64,000 bases of DNA from Chiloscyllium plagiosum (Eukaryota), in contig NC_057753.1 of assembly GCF_004010195.1 (NCBI RefSeq), forward strand, positions 12,403,138-12,467,137. Reading direction: 5' to 3'. The notes under the pieces are model-generated. The model was not told the origin of the DNA. It did not search any database and saw only the letters and a program-made list of their open reading frames with translations. Shown here piece by piece: positions 13,213-25,876 of this stretch (position 1 is its first letter; each line of letters begins with the position of its first letter). The position numbers and the translations under genes were made by a program.

Positions 13213-13438
13213 TCATTGGATTCTATTGCTTCACTCATTAAACATTTCCTTGTGGAACAAGACTTTGGTTACTTTGTTAGAGGAGAGCGGTGTGAAAGAT
13301 TGAGAGGCAGCAAATGAAGTTGAAATGCAGAGTCTCACCTATCTTCCACCACGAAGGATGACATAAGTGTTTCCATTGAACAGTAATCAGTGAACTGTAA
13401 TTACTGTCAGAATGTGAACAGCGCAACAAATTGTACAC

Positions 13439-13647
13439 GTCACAAGATGGCAGCGCGATTCTGTTATAAACCTTGAAGATGAGGGTTTGAGGAGGAGTGA
13501 CCTTCCAGACAGTGCGAACAACTGTCAGTGTGAATGGCTTGCGACGGAAACAAACGCCAAGACTTCGCATTTTGTGCAACTTCAACAGCATGGCATTTCA
13601 GAGTTAGATGTGACGTGTGCATATTCTATTAGTTTAATCTTATAAAT
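13439..13647 (+). promoter_or_regulatory. Promoter of the intronless V: CTCF-like motif, CRE half-site and TATA box
   Basis: GTCACAAGATGGCAGCG (13439-13455), TGACG (13611-13615) and TATAAAT (13641-13647), about 70 nt before the ATG at 13715. The block is recognisable in all four units. Confidence 0.5.
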
Positions 13648-13714
13648 ATCATACTTACCTTCCTCAAAGAGCACCGCGGATAACTGCTTTCACCACTGTT
13701 CATGTAGTCTGATA

Positions 13715-14048
13715 ATGTTCCAAAACTGCAGAGTCCTCCTGTTGTTTTCCACTCTGATCTCCACGGTGGTGATTGGAGAAGGTGAAGTGCTGCAACAACC
13801 TCTGTGGATGGTTGTTAGTGAAGTGGGAATTGTGTCCATGAATTGCTCCGTTGCCACTAAATTTAGCACAGTGCATTGGTACAGACAGCTGCCAAATCAG
13901 CCACCCCAGCATGTGATGATGGCCAAAAGAGAAGATGATCAGCCAGAGAGAATCGTCGCTTCAATCAGTGAAGATTACAAACTCAGTACCTTGACTGTGA
14001 AAGATGCCAGACTTAATGACACCGCCAACTACCTCTGTGCAGTGAAGG
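13715..14048 (+). CDS. TCR V segment (alpha-type), intact, leader and V in a single exon
   Basis: One ORF MFQNCRVLLLFSTLISTVVIG-EGEVLQQP..MNC..HWYRQLPNQPPQH..LTVKDARLNDTANYLCAVK with C23, W41 and C104. It is followed by RSS CACAGTG(14049-14055)-23-ACGAAAACG(14079-14087). Confidence 0.9.
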
Positions 14049-16386
14049 CACAGTGTCACAAACAGATGGAGCGCCCGTACGAAAACGTGCACAGAATGGG
14101 AGTTCTGCTATGCTGATTTTGAAGTATGTGTGTTAGTAACTGTGGGCATGAAAATCCAAAATAAGGAAAATGAAGGCAAAATATCAGGGTAAAAAATGAA
14201 CAGTAATTTTTAAACATTGTCATAAGTGATGACAATTGGATATGTGGAGGGAGGTAAAGGAAGGATGCACTTGCAACCGAGAAACATTAATGGAGAAAAG
14301 GGAAAGTGGAGATGTATATTAATAATACTTACAGAGGACAGAATGGTGATAACCTGTTGAAGAATAAATGGAAGAAATAGAAATATAACGATCATGATGC
14401 ACATTGATTAAAGATCAGGCTAAATTACTTTTGAAGGATACATGAAAATAACAGGGTGGTCTTTCTTTTAAGATGTTATCATCAACACTGAATCCTCAAC
14501 TCTCAACATGCCGGAAAATTCGTTGAGCAGAAATCCAACCGGGATTCACCAGAAAACACGTCAGAGGATAAAATATAGCTGTCTGTAAAGTTTCTCCGGA
14601 CTCCCCAAAGCCTGCCAATCTTCTAAAAGGCGCAAACTGGAGTGTTTTGGAATACACCCTACTTTTATCGTTGGGTGCAGCCCCCAAAATACTCAAGAAT
14701 CTTAATATCTTTCAGGATAAAGCAGCCCGCTTGATTGGTACTGCATCCACAAGCATATGCTGCCTCTACGATGACTTTCAGTTTGTGTTATCGATAAAAT
14801 TCACTGCAAAATATTACCAAAGAACTTCAGACAGCAACTTCAAAATGCAGGGCTACTTCCATCTCGAAGGATAAGGGACAGCTGCTTTTTGGGAGTACAC
14901 TCAACTTCCAGGGCACCTCAAAGCCATTCACCATGCTGACTTAGAAATATATTGGCGTTCCTTGACTGTCGCTTGTTCAAAACCTGGAAATTTCCTTCCT
15001 AATAATATTGTGGACGCAGGAGGTGGACTGGAGTGGTTCAAGAAGGTAACTTGACATCACTTTCTCAAGAGGAACGAGGGGCGGTGAATAAACACTAGCC
15101 GCCCAGCGACTCCCAGATTCCACAAAATGAATAAATAAAGACAACAATCAATCGTATGCAAACTTGAAAGCAGTTTGGAAGCAAACCATTCAGCCCACCA
15201 AGTCCATTCCGAACCTCTAAAGAACATCCCAGCCAATTCTAGTAACCCTGCACCTCCTATTGCTAATTCACGTATCCTACTCATCTTTCCACTGTGGGTG
15301 GAAACCCGAGCGCCCATAGGAAACCCACGCAGTGGCAGAGAGCATATGCAAACTCCACTCAGAGAATCACCTTAAGCTGAAATTGAGCATAGCTGTCTGG
15401 CAGTGTACCTCTGCTCTCTCACTATTCTCATCCAGATGAAGGAGACCATGCCACAATGTAATTTATTCCCGTTAACAACCCATTAGCCTTGTATGGGAGC
15501 CGCTGGTGTCCATCTCTAATAGTCTGAGACAAAGTGGCAGTAGACCATGTGTTTGATACGCTGCAGGGCATCTGATATCGATGCAGAAGCTACGCTGCCG
15601 ACGACACAAAGTAAAATTAAGCAAATTCAGTTGCAATGGATCATGTCAATAATGGCAACATTTGATGGTTATGTTGCGTTGATGGTAAATGTCGTTGCTT
15701 ATTTATTTTTTAAACGTCATTATTGCATCAAAATCCCTTAGATCCACCAGTCCTCTGCATCAGATGAAGCGGCTGCCAAAATCTGAAAGCAGCTTTGTTA
15801 ACTGGGGAGGTCCTTTTCTGATACTCGAACAGCATGAACTAATTTCCTTCTTTGGCTTTGCTTAGAGAAATAATAACCGTTTAGGGATAACATTTGGTTT
15901 AACCTCTGTCTAAAACCTAGTGTGTACTTGAACAAACCTACTTTGTAAACACAGACAAGAAACACGCACAGGCACAGATATGCCGTCACGAAATCACCAT
16001 CCATTTACATGTGCAGAGAATTCTGGCTCTGGCCAGCCATCTCGGAGTCAGTCCATGAAATGAGGAGACTCAAATTCTGCTTTTTATGTCTGGTGCCCAA
16101 GGTTGCCTCACTGGCCCAAGTTAACAACCCCAATGCAGGACCTCATAGGAAATGAGAGCCACCTCATTCTAAACCCGACAGATCATTAAACGAAAATAAG
16201 GAAGAACTGAGTTTGCTCGAAATCTTAAACAGAAACAGAAATAACTGGAAAAACTCAGCAGGTCTGGCAGCAACTGGGCAGAGAAACATTAGTTAACTTT
16301 TCGGCTCCAGTAACCCTTCATCAGAATGTTGATCTTTTCTCACATTATCCATGATATGAAGTGGAGTACAAAGGAACTTGAAGCTG

Positions 16387-16461
16387 ATTGGTTCAATAGA
16401 AGAACAAAGGAGCTTCAAGCTCATTGGCTGTATCTAATGCGGTTGTCAATAATGAACCAAT
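16387..16461 (+). promoter_or_regulatory. Triple CCAAT-box (NF-Y-type) promoter module
   Basis: ATTGG at 16387, ATTGG at 16423 and CCAAT at 16457. The paralog has the same 36/34 spacing at 38571, 38607 and 38641. Confidence 0.6.
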
Positions 16462-16568
16462 GAGCAGAGATCCGGAAATAACTCAACCTCTTCCGAACTC
16501 TTGACAAAAACCATTTTGGCTTCAGCCAATTCTGCTCACATTCACCCTGAGCATGTGAATGTGCAAAC

Positions 16569-17318
16569 ATGTCGCCTGGAACTCTGTGTTTACTGCTCAC
16601 AGCTGCAGCACTTCTCACTAGTAAGTTGAAAACTTGTCTATGCATGTGCTTCAGCCCTTTTTTGGGATTACATTTACTCAAATAGTTTTGGCAAAATAGA
16701 AGAAACAATCCTGTCTCCCAAGTATTTTGGGAGAAGTTAAAGAAAGTACACGAGTGAATGACAATTGAAGATTTAGGCTGGAAATCCAGACAGGACTGAA
16801 ATCATTGCGATGATTCAATAGAAGAGAGAGTTTTATATCCACCAATAGTTTTCAGTTTGCCCGTCAAGTTTCGGGAGATGAAGTGGAAAATGATGTCATC
16901 GCATGAAATGGATTCTAATTAAGCTTCCCTGATTTATTTCTCGGGTTATTGATTCAGGTGGATAAGAATATAATAGTGCCTTATTTAATTTTCTATAACT
17001 TCTGGCTCTTACAGGACTTTGTCGTGGCGATTCTGTCTCACAAACACCGGCTGCATTCACAGTGAATGAGGGGGATGATGTCCAGTTGTTCTGTAATTAC
17101 ACTACAATAGACAGCGATCCTAGCCTATTCTGGTACCGTCAACCTTCCAATGGGTTCATGGAGTTTCTGCTCCTGAAAAGCAAATATAGGGAAAAAACGG
17201 CGAATTTTCTCCGGGACCGGCTTTCCTCGGATTTTGATCATGGAAACCATACTATCCAGCTGAAAATCTTGAAAACAGAACTAACAGACTCCGCAATGTA
17301 TTACTGTGCACTGAGACC
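16569..17318 (+). CDS. TCR V segment (alpha/delta), intact; leader 16569-16620, V exon 17015-17318
   Basis: Leader MSPGTLCLLLTAAALLT with phase-1 GTAAGT donor. V exon RLCRGDSVSQTP..LFCNY..LFWYRQ..TDSAMYYCALR. RSS is CACGGAG(17319-17325)-22-ACAAAAACT(17348-17356). Confidence 0.92.
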
Positions 17319-19849
17319 CACGGAGACTCAGAGGTGGCTGACCCTGTACAAAAACTCTTAGAGCGTCACTGAACATAGGAGTGTATTAGGCAAACAGTAA
17401 GATCAGGAGTGTAACTGAACTGGTTTCCGATTTTACGGTGATATGTCATACTTATCATTTGGACACAAAGCGTTAATCATTGTAAACCTATCACTGAAAT
17501 AAACTAATGCAGTTAGTTTCGTGAATGTAAAACAAATAATTTATTTTGAATCTATCATGATGATCCAAAATGCTTCATTGTTCCAGCGATGAGGTTCTAT
17601 GGAAAGTTAAGCAATTAGTTCTGATTCCGCAAAATCCTCCAGTAATATTGAATTGCAGCATTCGTTTTCACAGACAATGACTTGTCACAGGTTTCCAACA
17701 CAAAAACACTGGAACAACCTGTACAACTTCAAACACATTTTGTGATATTGAGTACTGCCTCTGACCCTTCACGTTTACAAACCCAAAATGCGAAGTTATA
17801 GATTCACAGATCTTTTAAAATATCAAGAAGGAGTTCGGATGCAACTGGCATCTGAACAACACAAACCAATTGAAAACATTTCGTCGTGGCTGATTATTGA
17901 GTCAAAGCCATCAGTAAAGCAAATCAGTCGCTTCAGCCTTCTGCTGTTAAGCTGGACTGAAATGAACATTTTTCATCCTCTCTGTAAGTGTGTTGATTCT
18001 TTGTCAGCAATTCACATCTGGACATTTAAGTTGTCAAGACTAGCGGGTTCCTCTTCTCCCTCTGGCGGTAATTAAGAGAAAGAAAATCCTATTTTCATAG
18101 TCAGTCACAAAAGAGACATTCCTGACTCTGGGTGCTCGAATAAAGTGAAGTCTGTTTCTGCAGAAAATAGGATGCACGTGGTGCTCAGCATCTCTTAGGA
18201 GTTAGTTTATTCTGCACAGTCGGAATGAAACATTTGTTATCGAAATGGTGAAACCGATTGATCGGATCACACGTTAGATGGCATATTGCGAAGTGGGCAG
18301 CCATGTGGGTTTCATAGAGGCAGTTGCACAGATAGTTTCTGGGAGTGTTCAGTCTTTGTGTAAGTATTCCATTGCACAATGATACACTTCAGTGTCTTTC
18401 ATCTCAGTACTACCAACAGCAATAATGCTATGAACAAAAACAGAAGTTGCTGGAAAAGCTAAACAGGTCTCAGTGCGTCTCTGAAGAAAAATCAGTTACT
18501 GTTTCGGATCCTGCGATCCTTCCACAGAACTGGAAGAGGCACCAGACCAGAAACATTAACTCTGACATTTCTTCAAAGATTTTGCCAGACCTGCTGATCT
18601 TTTCCAGCAACATTGGCTTCTGTTCCTGATTTACAGCATCTGCAGTTCTTTCGGTTTTTATTTACCAACAATGTTATAACTTCTTGATAATTTAGTCAAG
18701 AGGTGAACTAGCAGTCATAATCAATCATAGAACCATATAGCACAAACACAGACCATTTGGCCCATCATGTCTGCGCTGACCAAGTGATGATGAAAATGTT
18801 CTTCGTAAATGCATAATGCTAAATCCTACTGCAGGTTCTCTCTCAAGTTCGTGCATTAAACTTTATTCATTGAAGTCATTTGGAATGCCAAACAAATATG
18901 AAGGCCATTACAAAACAAATATTTATAAAATACATGTTCATATACTTAATGACTGCAGTAGGTTTGTCTGCATTAAAGCAGAACATATTGGCAAAAGATT
19001 TACAAGGGCGTTGCTCAGTGAGAACCTGGAAAGCCGGGCCACAGAGTTTAAGGTAAACAATATTTAGATTTCATGTGCGTTTGAACGACTGCTTAAAGAG
19101 ACAACAGGATCTCATTAACCTGATTGTCCCAAATGCTGATTGTAGGAATATGCAGTATCAGATTTCCCAGTGACAATCACCTTCCAATCGGGTGCACAGC
19201 GTGAAACATTGAAACAGTTCATATTGTCGCCTTGGATGTCATTCTGAAGAAAGTGAAGTTATGATCATTTGATGTTGTCCAGCAGGCAAACTGAACGAAA
19301 GTACAAAGCAGTAGATACTGACAGAGGCCTGTTTTGAAGCATTGAGCTGCAGCGAATGTGCAGCACCAATAAAACGTGTTGTTCAACTCGTCTGATTCCA
19401 GAACCCTTGCTAGAAATTACCAGAAGATTCTCATTGAATTTATTCGAGGTCTTGACTTCAATAGACCTCGCACTAAGCATGAAAGAACATTTCACGAGAT
19501 TGGATGACAAAATGGAGGAAAGACTGTGACTGAAATAAGAGAAAGCTCCAGCAGGAAAAGAGGTGATCGTGAACCAAAGACATGAAGACAAATATGGTTT
19601 GTTTTACAGAAAAGGCTCAATCGAAGCATTGGCAGTTATTATCGTTGCTTTTCATTCGGGTGTTGCGAAGGTTACTGTTCCCACTTGTGATTCTGTTAAC
19701 ATCTCAACTCTGCAGTGAATATGTCAAAACTATGTCCTGAGTGAGCGATGCAACGGATAGCGCACCTGACTGCTAACCAGCACGACATTGGTGCCACTCC
19801 AGCTTGTCTCAGTGCATTTTACAATATGTCTAAACTGGTCTATATTTAA

Positions 19850-20670
19850 ATCTCAACAATTTGAAATAATGGTTTACCAGTAATGGATGATGTCTGAGGC
19901 GGAGGCCAGCACTTGCAAAGCCTTTGGCAAGTGAGAACAGAAAACCTCTTGTAATAAGGGTTGATAAATCCCTGGATCAAATGGGGTCCTTTCCAAATTC
20001 TTGAATGAGGTGTGAGGAGAGACAATGAAAGCACTATTGATTATCGTTGGAAATTCAAGAATTTCTGGCAAGGTTCCTGACGTTTAGAAAGAAGGGAAAA
20101 TGGCCGAACTATTTAAGAAGGGCGGGATAACAAAATAGGAACCAAAGACCTGTTGAATGCCAGTTACAGGGAAAATGACAGGTCATATAATGAAGGAGAT
20201 CATCAATAGACATTTCGAAATAATGATGCGTTTGAGATGATTCAATATGACGTTATAAAGGAAAGGAATATTTGACAAACCCACTTGAAATTCGTTTTGT
20301 GGATTTTAATTGTAGCAACAAGAAGGGACAACCAGCGGATGTGACGTATTTTCAGATATTTGAAAGTTTTTGATAACATACCACACAGGAAATTGGTAGA
20401 CAGATTTGAGAATACTAGATTACGTTAAGTTGCTGTGATGAATTAATGAGGAGAAATCAAAGAGTGGAAAGGGAAAGAGTATTCAAAGATGGTGGACTAA
20501 TCATAGTTGACGCGCCTCAAGAATCAGGGATACATTACGTGACAATCTATAAAACGATTGTATGATTCATCATTATCCCAAACTCCTTGATGTCATTAAG
20601 CTATGTGGTAGCTTAATTCGTGTAAGCTACTGGGATGCTGCAGTCGAGCATAGACAGGACAATTATATTG
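19850..20670 (+). mobile_element. Decayed CR1-type LINE ORF2 fragment
   Basis: Degenerate match to the CR1 at 53470-55370 (gttgataaatcccct..gg, atttaagaaggg.., ttttgataa..ccacacagga). Confidence 0.6.
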
Positions 20671-20679
20671 GAATGTTAA

Positions 20680-22770
20680 AAATCGCACAACAGCAGCTTG
20701 TGAGCTGCTTCTTCGTCAGGTAGCCAGTGTGGCGGGATCATAGAACACAGCACTTCTGATGAAGGTTAAAGTGTCATGCCAATCATGCAATGCATTTAAC
20801 AAAACTCGATTGCTGTTCAGTCTTTAATCACTTACTATGAGGATACAGTGTTCGATTGATTAATATGCAAATTCCAGAACAGCGCTCAAGTCAGTCCAAT
20901 GATAACTTAAGGTTTTATTAAAAAAAAGTGACACTCAGTTCAGACATTAATGATATGTGGTTAGTGTATCCCAACCTTTAGTGTTTTGGAGTATATGCCA
21001 GTGAGAGTGTGTGCGCATGGGTTTGAGTATGAGTGTGTGCGTGTGAGTGTGTCTGAGAGACAGTATATATATGATGAAGGGTCTGAGAGTGATCGTATGC
21101 CCAAGAGCATATGTACGTGTATGGTTATGTGCTGTGTGTGAGGGTGTGTGTCGGGGTGTATAGTATAGTGGAGAACCCTGGAGTATGACATGAACCACAT
21201 CCTTTAGAAGCCGTCCTCATTAATACCGAAACTGGCTATCAGCCTCTGCTCGGCAACTCTGCATTGTTGTGGATCCCAAAGTTCTTCTTGGTGGATGGTC
21301 ACCTGGAGATCCGAGGCCGATCCTTCTTGACTCATGAAGTGTTCCCTGTCTGGGAGGGAGCATCCCCTTCTACAGATTGTTGCATGGTGTCCATTCATCC
21401 ATTGTTGTAGCTTCTTCTTGGTCTCGCCAATATACCATGCCTCAGGGCAACCTTGCTTGCAACATTTGAGGTCGACAATTTTGGCTGAGTCACATGAATA
21501 TCTGCCACGCACCAGGTGGATGGCGTCCCCAGTTGTTATGATATTCTGTCACGTCTTGCAGCGGATGTCATGACAGAGTTGCATTAACAGACCATTGTTC
21601 GCAGCAAAACTCCCAGCCTTCAAGACGACATTGAACACAAGACCAAACATCCCAACGACTGCAAGACATGTCAGAGCATCGACATGGATAGTACAATTAA
21701 ACGTTGGGCCACTACCCTCAACGCGTGTGTCGAGCAGAGGTTGATCATCAAGTTCAGTATCCATGAGTGTGATCTGAACCGAGATTTTGGGTTCATGTCA
21801 CACTACAGGCTACTGCACTGTACACCTTCACATACACACTCACATGCACACACTCTCTCCCTTACAAACATGTTTTCTCTCAGACACATGTTGTCTCTCA
21901 GACACACACATACACATGCATCTACACACACATATTCACACGCACATCCACTCACAGGCAAACACTCCATCAAACTCACCCACACACTCTATCAAGCACG
22001 CATGCAGACACCATCTCAGGTACTCACACACTCTCTGCCTCTCACCCCACCCCTCCCCCACACTCTCTCTCTCTCGCTCACCGGCACAAACAATATGCAA
22101 GCACACACGCGTTTAAGTATATGGCGTGAATTTGCATTTGCAGACCTACATTTGAAGACACGTTCTATTTTTTCAAAAAGCACGCAATATGCAGCCGTTT
22201 AATATTTTATAAATTCCTACTTTGGAAATAGAACCATACTGACTCATTGTTGGCATACAGGCAGACTCTAACCTCACACTTTTAATGCATTGTCAAAGTG
22301 AAATATTACTTTTAAAAAAAAACTTGAATTATCTCGGGACTGCGACTTGAAAGTAGTTCTGGGATTTACATATTCCAAAATCGACAAGGAGAAAGTGAAG
22401 ACTGCAGATGTTGGAAAGCAGATTCAAAACGTTTGATGCTTGAAAAGCACAGCAGGTCAAGCAGCATCCGATGGGTAGTAGAATCGACGTATTGGGCATC
22501 ATCCCTTCATCAGGAAAGTGTTTTTTCAAGGACACTTGTCGATATTAACCAACTGACATCCCTATCCTAAGTGATTAAAGACTTAAAAAACAAACTATGT
22601 TTGTTCAATGAATCACATTCGTTGGATGACACTTTGACCTTTTACAATTAATTCTGTGTTCTATGATCTTGCACCATTGGCGACCAGACGAAGGAGAGTA
22701 TTTATACTTTCAAATAAATTTGTTGGACTATAACCTGGAGTTGTGTGATTTTGAACTTTGTCCACCCAGT
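20680..22770. mobile_element. Penelope-like (GIY-YIG) element pieces in inverted arrangement with CA-rich internal tracts
   Basis: Minus-strand ORF 21204-21512 reads CCKQGCPEAWYIGETKKKLQQWMNGH. The plus-strand segment from about 21590 repeats the same family in reverse orientation. Confidence 0.7.
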
Positions 22771-23290
22771 CCAGCACAATCACTTCCTCTCTATATCGGA
22801 ATGAGCATTGCAGATGATATATCATACGATTAATTGTGATGTTATCCACATTGGTCAGAAACACAAACGTCAGAATATTTTTCAAAATATGAAGTAACAG
22901 AAGTGCTATGAATAAAGCCATGTGAGACTTCTGCTTTAGGCCTCACTATAAACCAACGTGCTGGTGAAGGATGCAAGTGGGTCAGTAGATGGAAATTCAT
23001 TACATGATGGATTGAATGCAACAGCAAAGGAATCTTGCTGGATTTGCATAAAACCTTGGTGTAATGCTGGGATTTCGGAGATGGCCAAGATGATTGTCTA
23101 TTCATAATTTCCGGGTAAGGATGAAGGCAATCAGTTCGCACTTGCCTTAAGCATCGATTTTATGCGCTCTTAAATGTTTCATCATTGCGACCATTCCTCC
23201 ACTTTCGTAATATGCACCAGATTAAGCGTTGTTAAGCATTGCTATATGCTTGTATGAAAAAAGACTGCACATGTTACATGTTGGACAACT

Positions 23291-23573
23291 TAGAGGCGTG
23301 GCACTCATCCACAGATTCAATCAATAAGCGCATCGACCTGGACCCAGTATACCTACCACTGCAACGGACAGCTGGAACTGACAACCGGAAGTTGCAGATT
23401 CAAACCACTATAAATGCCGGAGGATACAGCACAGAAGAGATTCACATGAGGCTCCCAAGCACTGAGGATGTCACCTAGACAGGGGACGAAACGTCTGCAA
23501 CACAAATTCCCAGCTCGGCGAACAGAACCACAACAACGAGCACCCGAGCTACAAATCTTCTCACAAACTTTGA
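23291..23573 (+). mobile_element. Short Penelope-like 3' fragment
   Basis: LEAWHSSTDSINKRIDLDPVY followed by a terminal repeat. ACAACT flanks both sides. Confidence 0.7.
23459..23498 (+). ncRNA. Minimal type I hammerhead ribozyme
   Basis: GCA-CTGAGGA-T-GTC ACCT agac AGGG GAC-GAAA-CGTC-TGC: intact catalytic core, stem II, palindromic stem III and GUC cleavage site. Confidence 0.7.
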
Positions 23574-25876
23574 ACAACTGGTCTCCATCTGGCATATGCA
23601 GAGTTGCATGTGGAATATACTGAAAAATGATGCCCTTTGACTCGGATTTTCTGCGAACTTAGTGTGAGGTAAGTTGTCAATGAAATGTGCATCCTCATTA
23701 TTAGTGAGACAGGCCTGATTTAATTGCATGGATTCTCTGGACTCTGCCTGCATTAGTTTTCACCAGGCCCTGACTATTATTGTGCAATCGCTCGTCTCCA
23801 ACAGTTACAGAGGGTGTTCTGTCTTTGCTTGTATTTTAACTGCCCGTGGTGATATTGGCCCCATAATAATTTCAGGAAGTATTAACTGTATCAGAGTCTT
23901 ACAGGTTCCAATCAGTATTGAACCTATGCTTGCCTCCATGATTTGTCGGCATGAGTTTGCCCTTGCCAGTCAGGCCCTGATAAGTGTTTAACAATTCTCT
24001 ATCTCCTTAACTTTCAATTTAGCTTCGTTCTGTGTTGATGTTTCAACAAACCCTGCTTTTTGTTTAAATCAGAATAATCCATGCACCCACACCTTTGTGC
24101 ATTACAGACAGATGTCCTTGCATCGTATTGTATTCTTCAAGTAACAGATTCTATTTTCAATTGTCTGTATCTCTTTAATCGCCAGATTAACCTTATATGG
24201 TGCAAATATTGCGATGGCTCTTCATGTTCTGTATCTCGTCAGCATAATTCTATTCGTTTGGCCTCAATGATGATCACACAAGGTTCCATCTCACTTTCTG
24301 TTCATAGGATCACTGAGTCATAAAGTTATTGCAATATGGGATCACATAATTGCTTCCATTACATTATGTAAACTTACTGGTAATGTTAATACTATACCAG
24401 CCAGCGTCAATATTTATATATGACTTGACTTTGACACTCATTATATTACGTTAGATCTTCTCGATTTGACTTACTTTGGATCATTTCTCTGCCTGCATTC
24501 AACCATATGCTAATAAGTTTGTCTTGATGAAGTTAGATATGTTTTTGGAATAAATTGTCAACACTGTTTCGTGTTCATTCTGCACGTCTTTAGGTCACGC
24601 CCAGAAATTAAATTACCTATCAGTGTCACCCTAAAGAGTCGTGGTAGCCTGGGTATATTGAAAATAATTCACTTTATTGGCCAATTACGTCTGTCTATAA
24701 AATGATTGACACATGCTTATGACATCTCGGGGAGCGAATGCTGATGAAGATGTTGTTAATTCTTTTTTCACAGCACCCTGTCTATTTGGACACACATGCA
24801 TTTATTCAAAAAAGTTCCTTTCTTCGATACCCTCTCATGTCCTACACACGAACATGTTATGCAAAGTTCCTGCACCAAACTAAAGCATCGTACAAAGTGA
24901 AGGATGGCATAAATGTATTTCCTGTAATGCCCAGGTGTCAGCTGGGGCACGGATAAACTGACAGTTCTGTAAAATATGGTCACAGCAAATCTACTGCACT
25001 GTCATTCAGTGGATTTCTGATATTTTGGCATTGATTCTATTTTTTTCTCAAATATTGCTTAATGGCTTCGATGGGTTATTTTTTCATCAAATCATTCATA
25101 TTGCCATTGCAACGATGACTTATGTAATCGACGTGATTTATTCCTTTCATATGTTTTGTTTATGTAATTTGCATTTAATTCTGCGATGACTTGTCTGAAT
25201 TCCCTGAATTGCTGAATTCGATCATAAACACTGCTCTTTTAAGTGAAACAGATTAGCTTCAGACCAATAATGTGCCCTGCACAGTCAAGCTTGAACTTTG
25301 TCAAGTTCTAATTTTGAGGACCGCAATCAAAAGTAAACAATTCCATGATTCAAGGTGGTGGATATTTCAGTTTGTATATTGGTAATCCTCATAAGTATAA
25401 TTTGTATAATTTTGAAAATCAACAAAGCTGGAACGTATCAAGCAACAACAAGTTAGGTTTGGAACTGAGAAAATCTCCATCTGCACTGTCCTATCAGAAA
25501 CTGTTATGTACAATAGAGAATGAATCAAAATAAATCTCCCTTCTGAATTGTTCTTTTCCACAGTCAACATGGATTGATAAAGAACAAAATACATCTTTCA
25601 ATGTGCCGTCCCAAATAAAAGAGTTTGGGAACATGGAATAGGAAACAGCTACAGGAGACTGACTTCTGCAGCAAAGATGTCCAAAGAAGCTCCGATAAAA
25701 TACAGAGATATTTTATTCTGGTCTGGTCTGATTATGTATAAAATAATGAAAACAAAAACTAAACTCTCTATTGTAGCGAATTAGAATTCTTTAAATTAAT
25801 TTGAAAAGTTTTCCTTGCTTTGCTTTTAATTCAGCAGTCTGCTCTCTTATGATCACCTCAATCCTCAGGCCGGATA

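Larger units (their letters stand above)
4471..15665 (+). repeat. Tandem segmental duplication, about 3-3.5 kb unit, carrying the intronless V gene
   Basis: A unit-start motif (..cattaaacatttccytgtggaa-like) recurs near 6045, 9495, 12531 and 13221. Each full unit has promoter, V, a LINE 3' fragment and a reverse SINE. 4471-5370 is the tail of a further unit. Confidence 0.85.

Noticed and set aside
13652-13665. Minus-strand GTAAGT donor-like site upstream of intronless V copies
   Set aside because: Wrong strand for the V and no leader-like ORF precedes it. It falls in the presumed TATA/TSS region and is shared simply through duplication.
19737-19810. tRNA-like sequence (A-box-like start, CT-GCT-AA loop)
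   Set aside because: Stems pair poorly and there is no GTTCRA T-loop; at most an old tRNA or SINE-head relic.
21684-22202. His/Thr-rich ORFs (also 42237-42765 and 30533-30769)
   Set aside because: Translations of CA-rich simple repeats.
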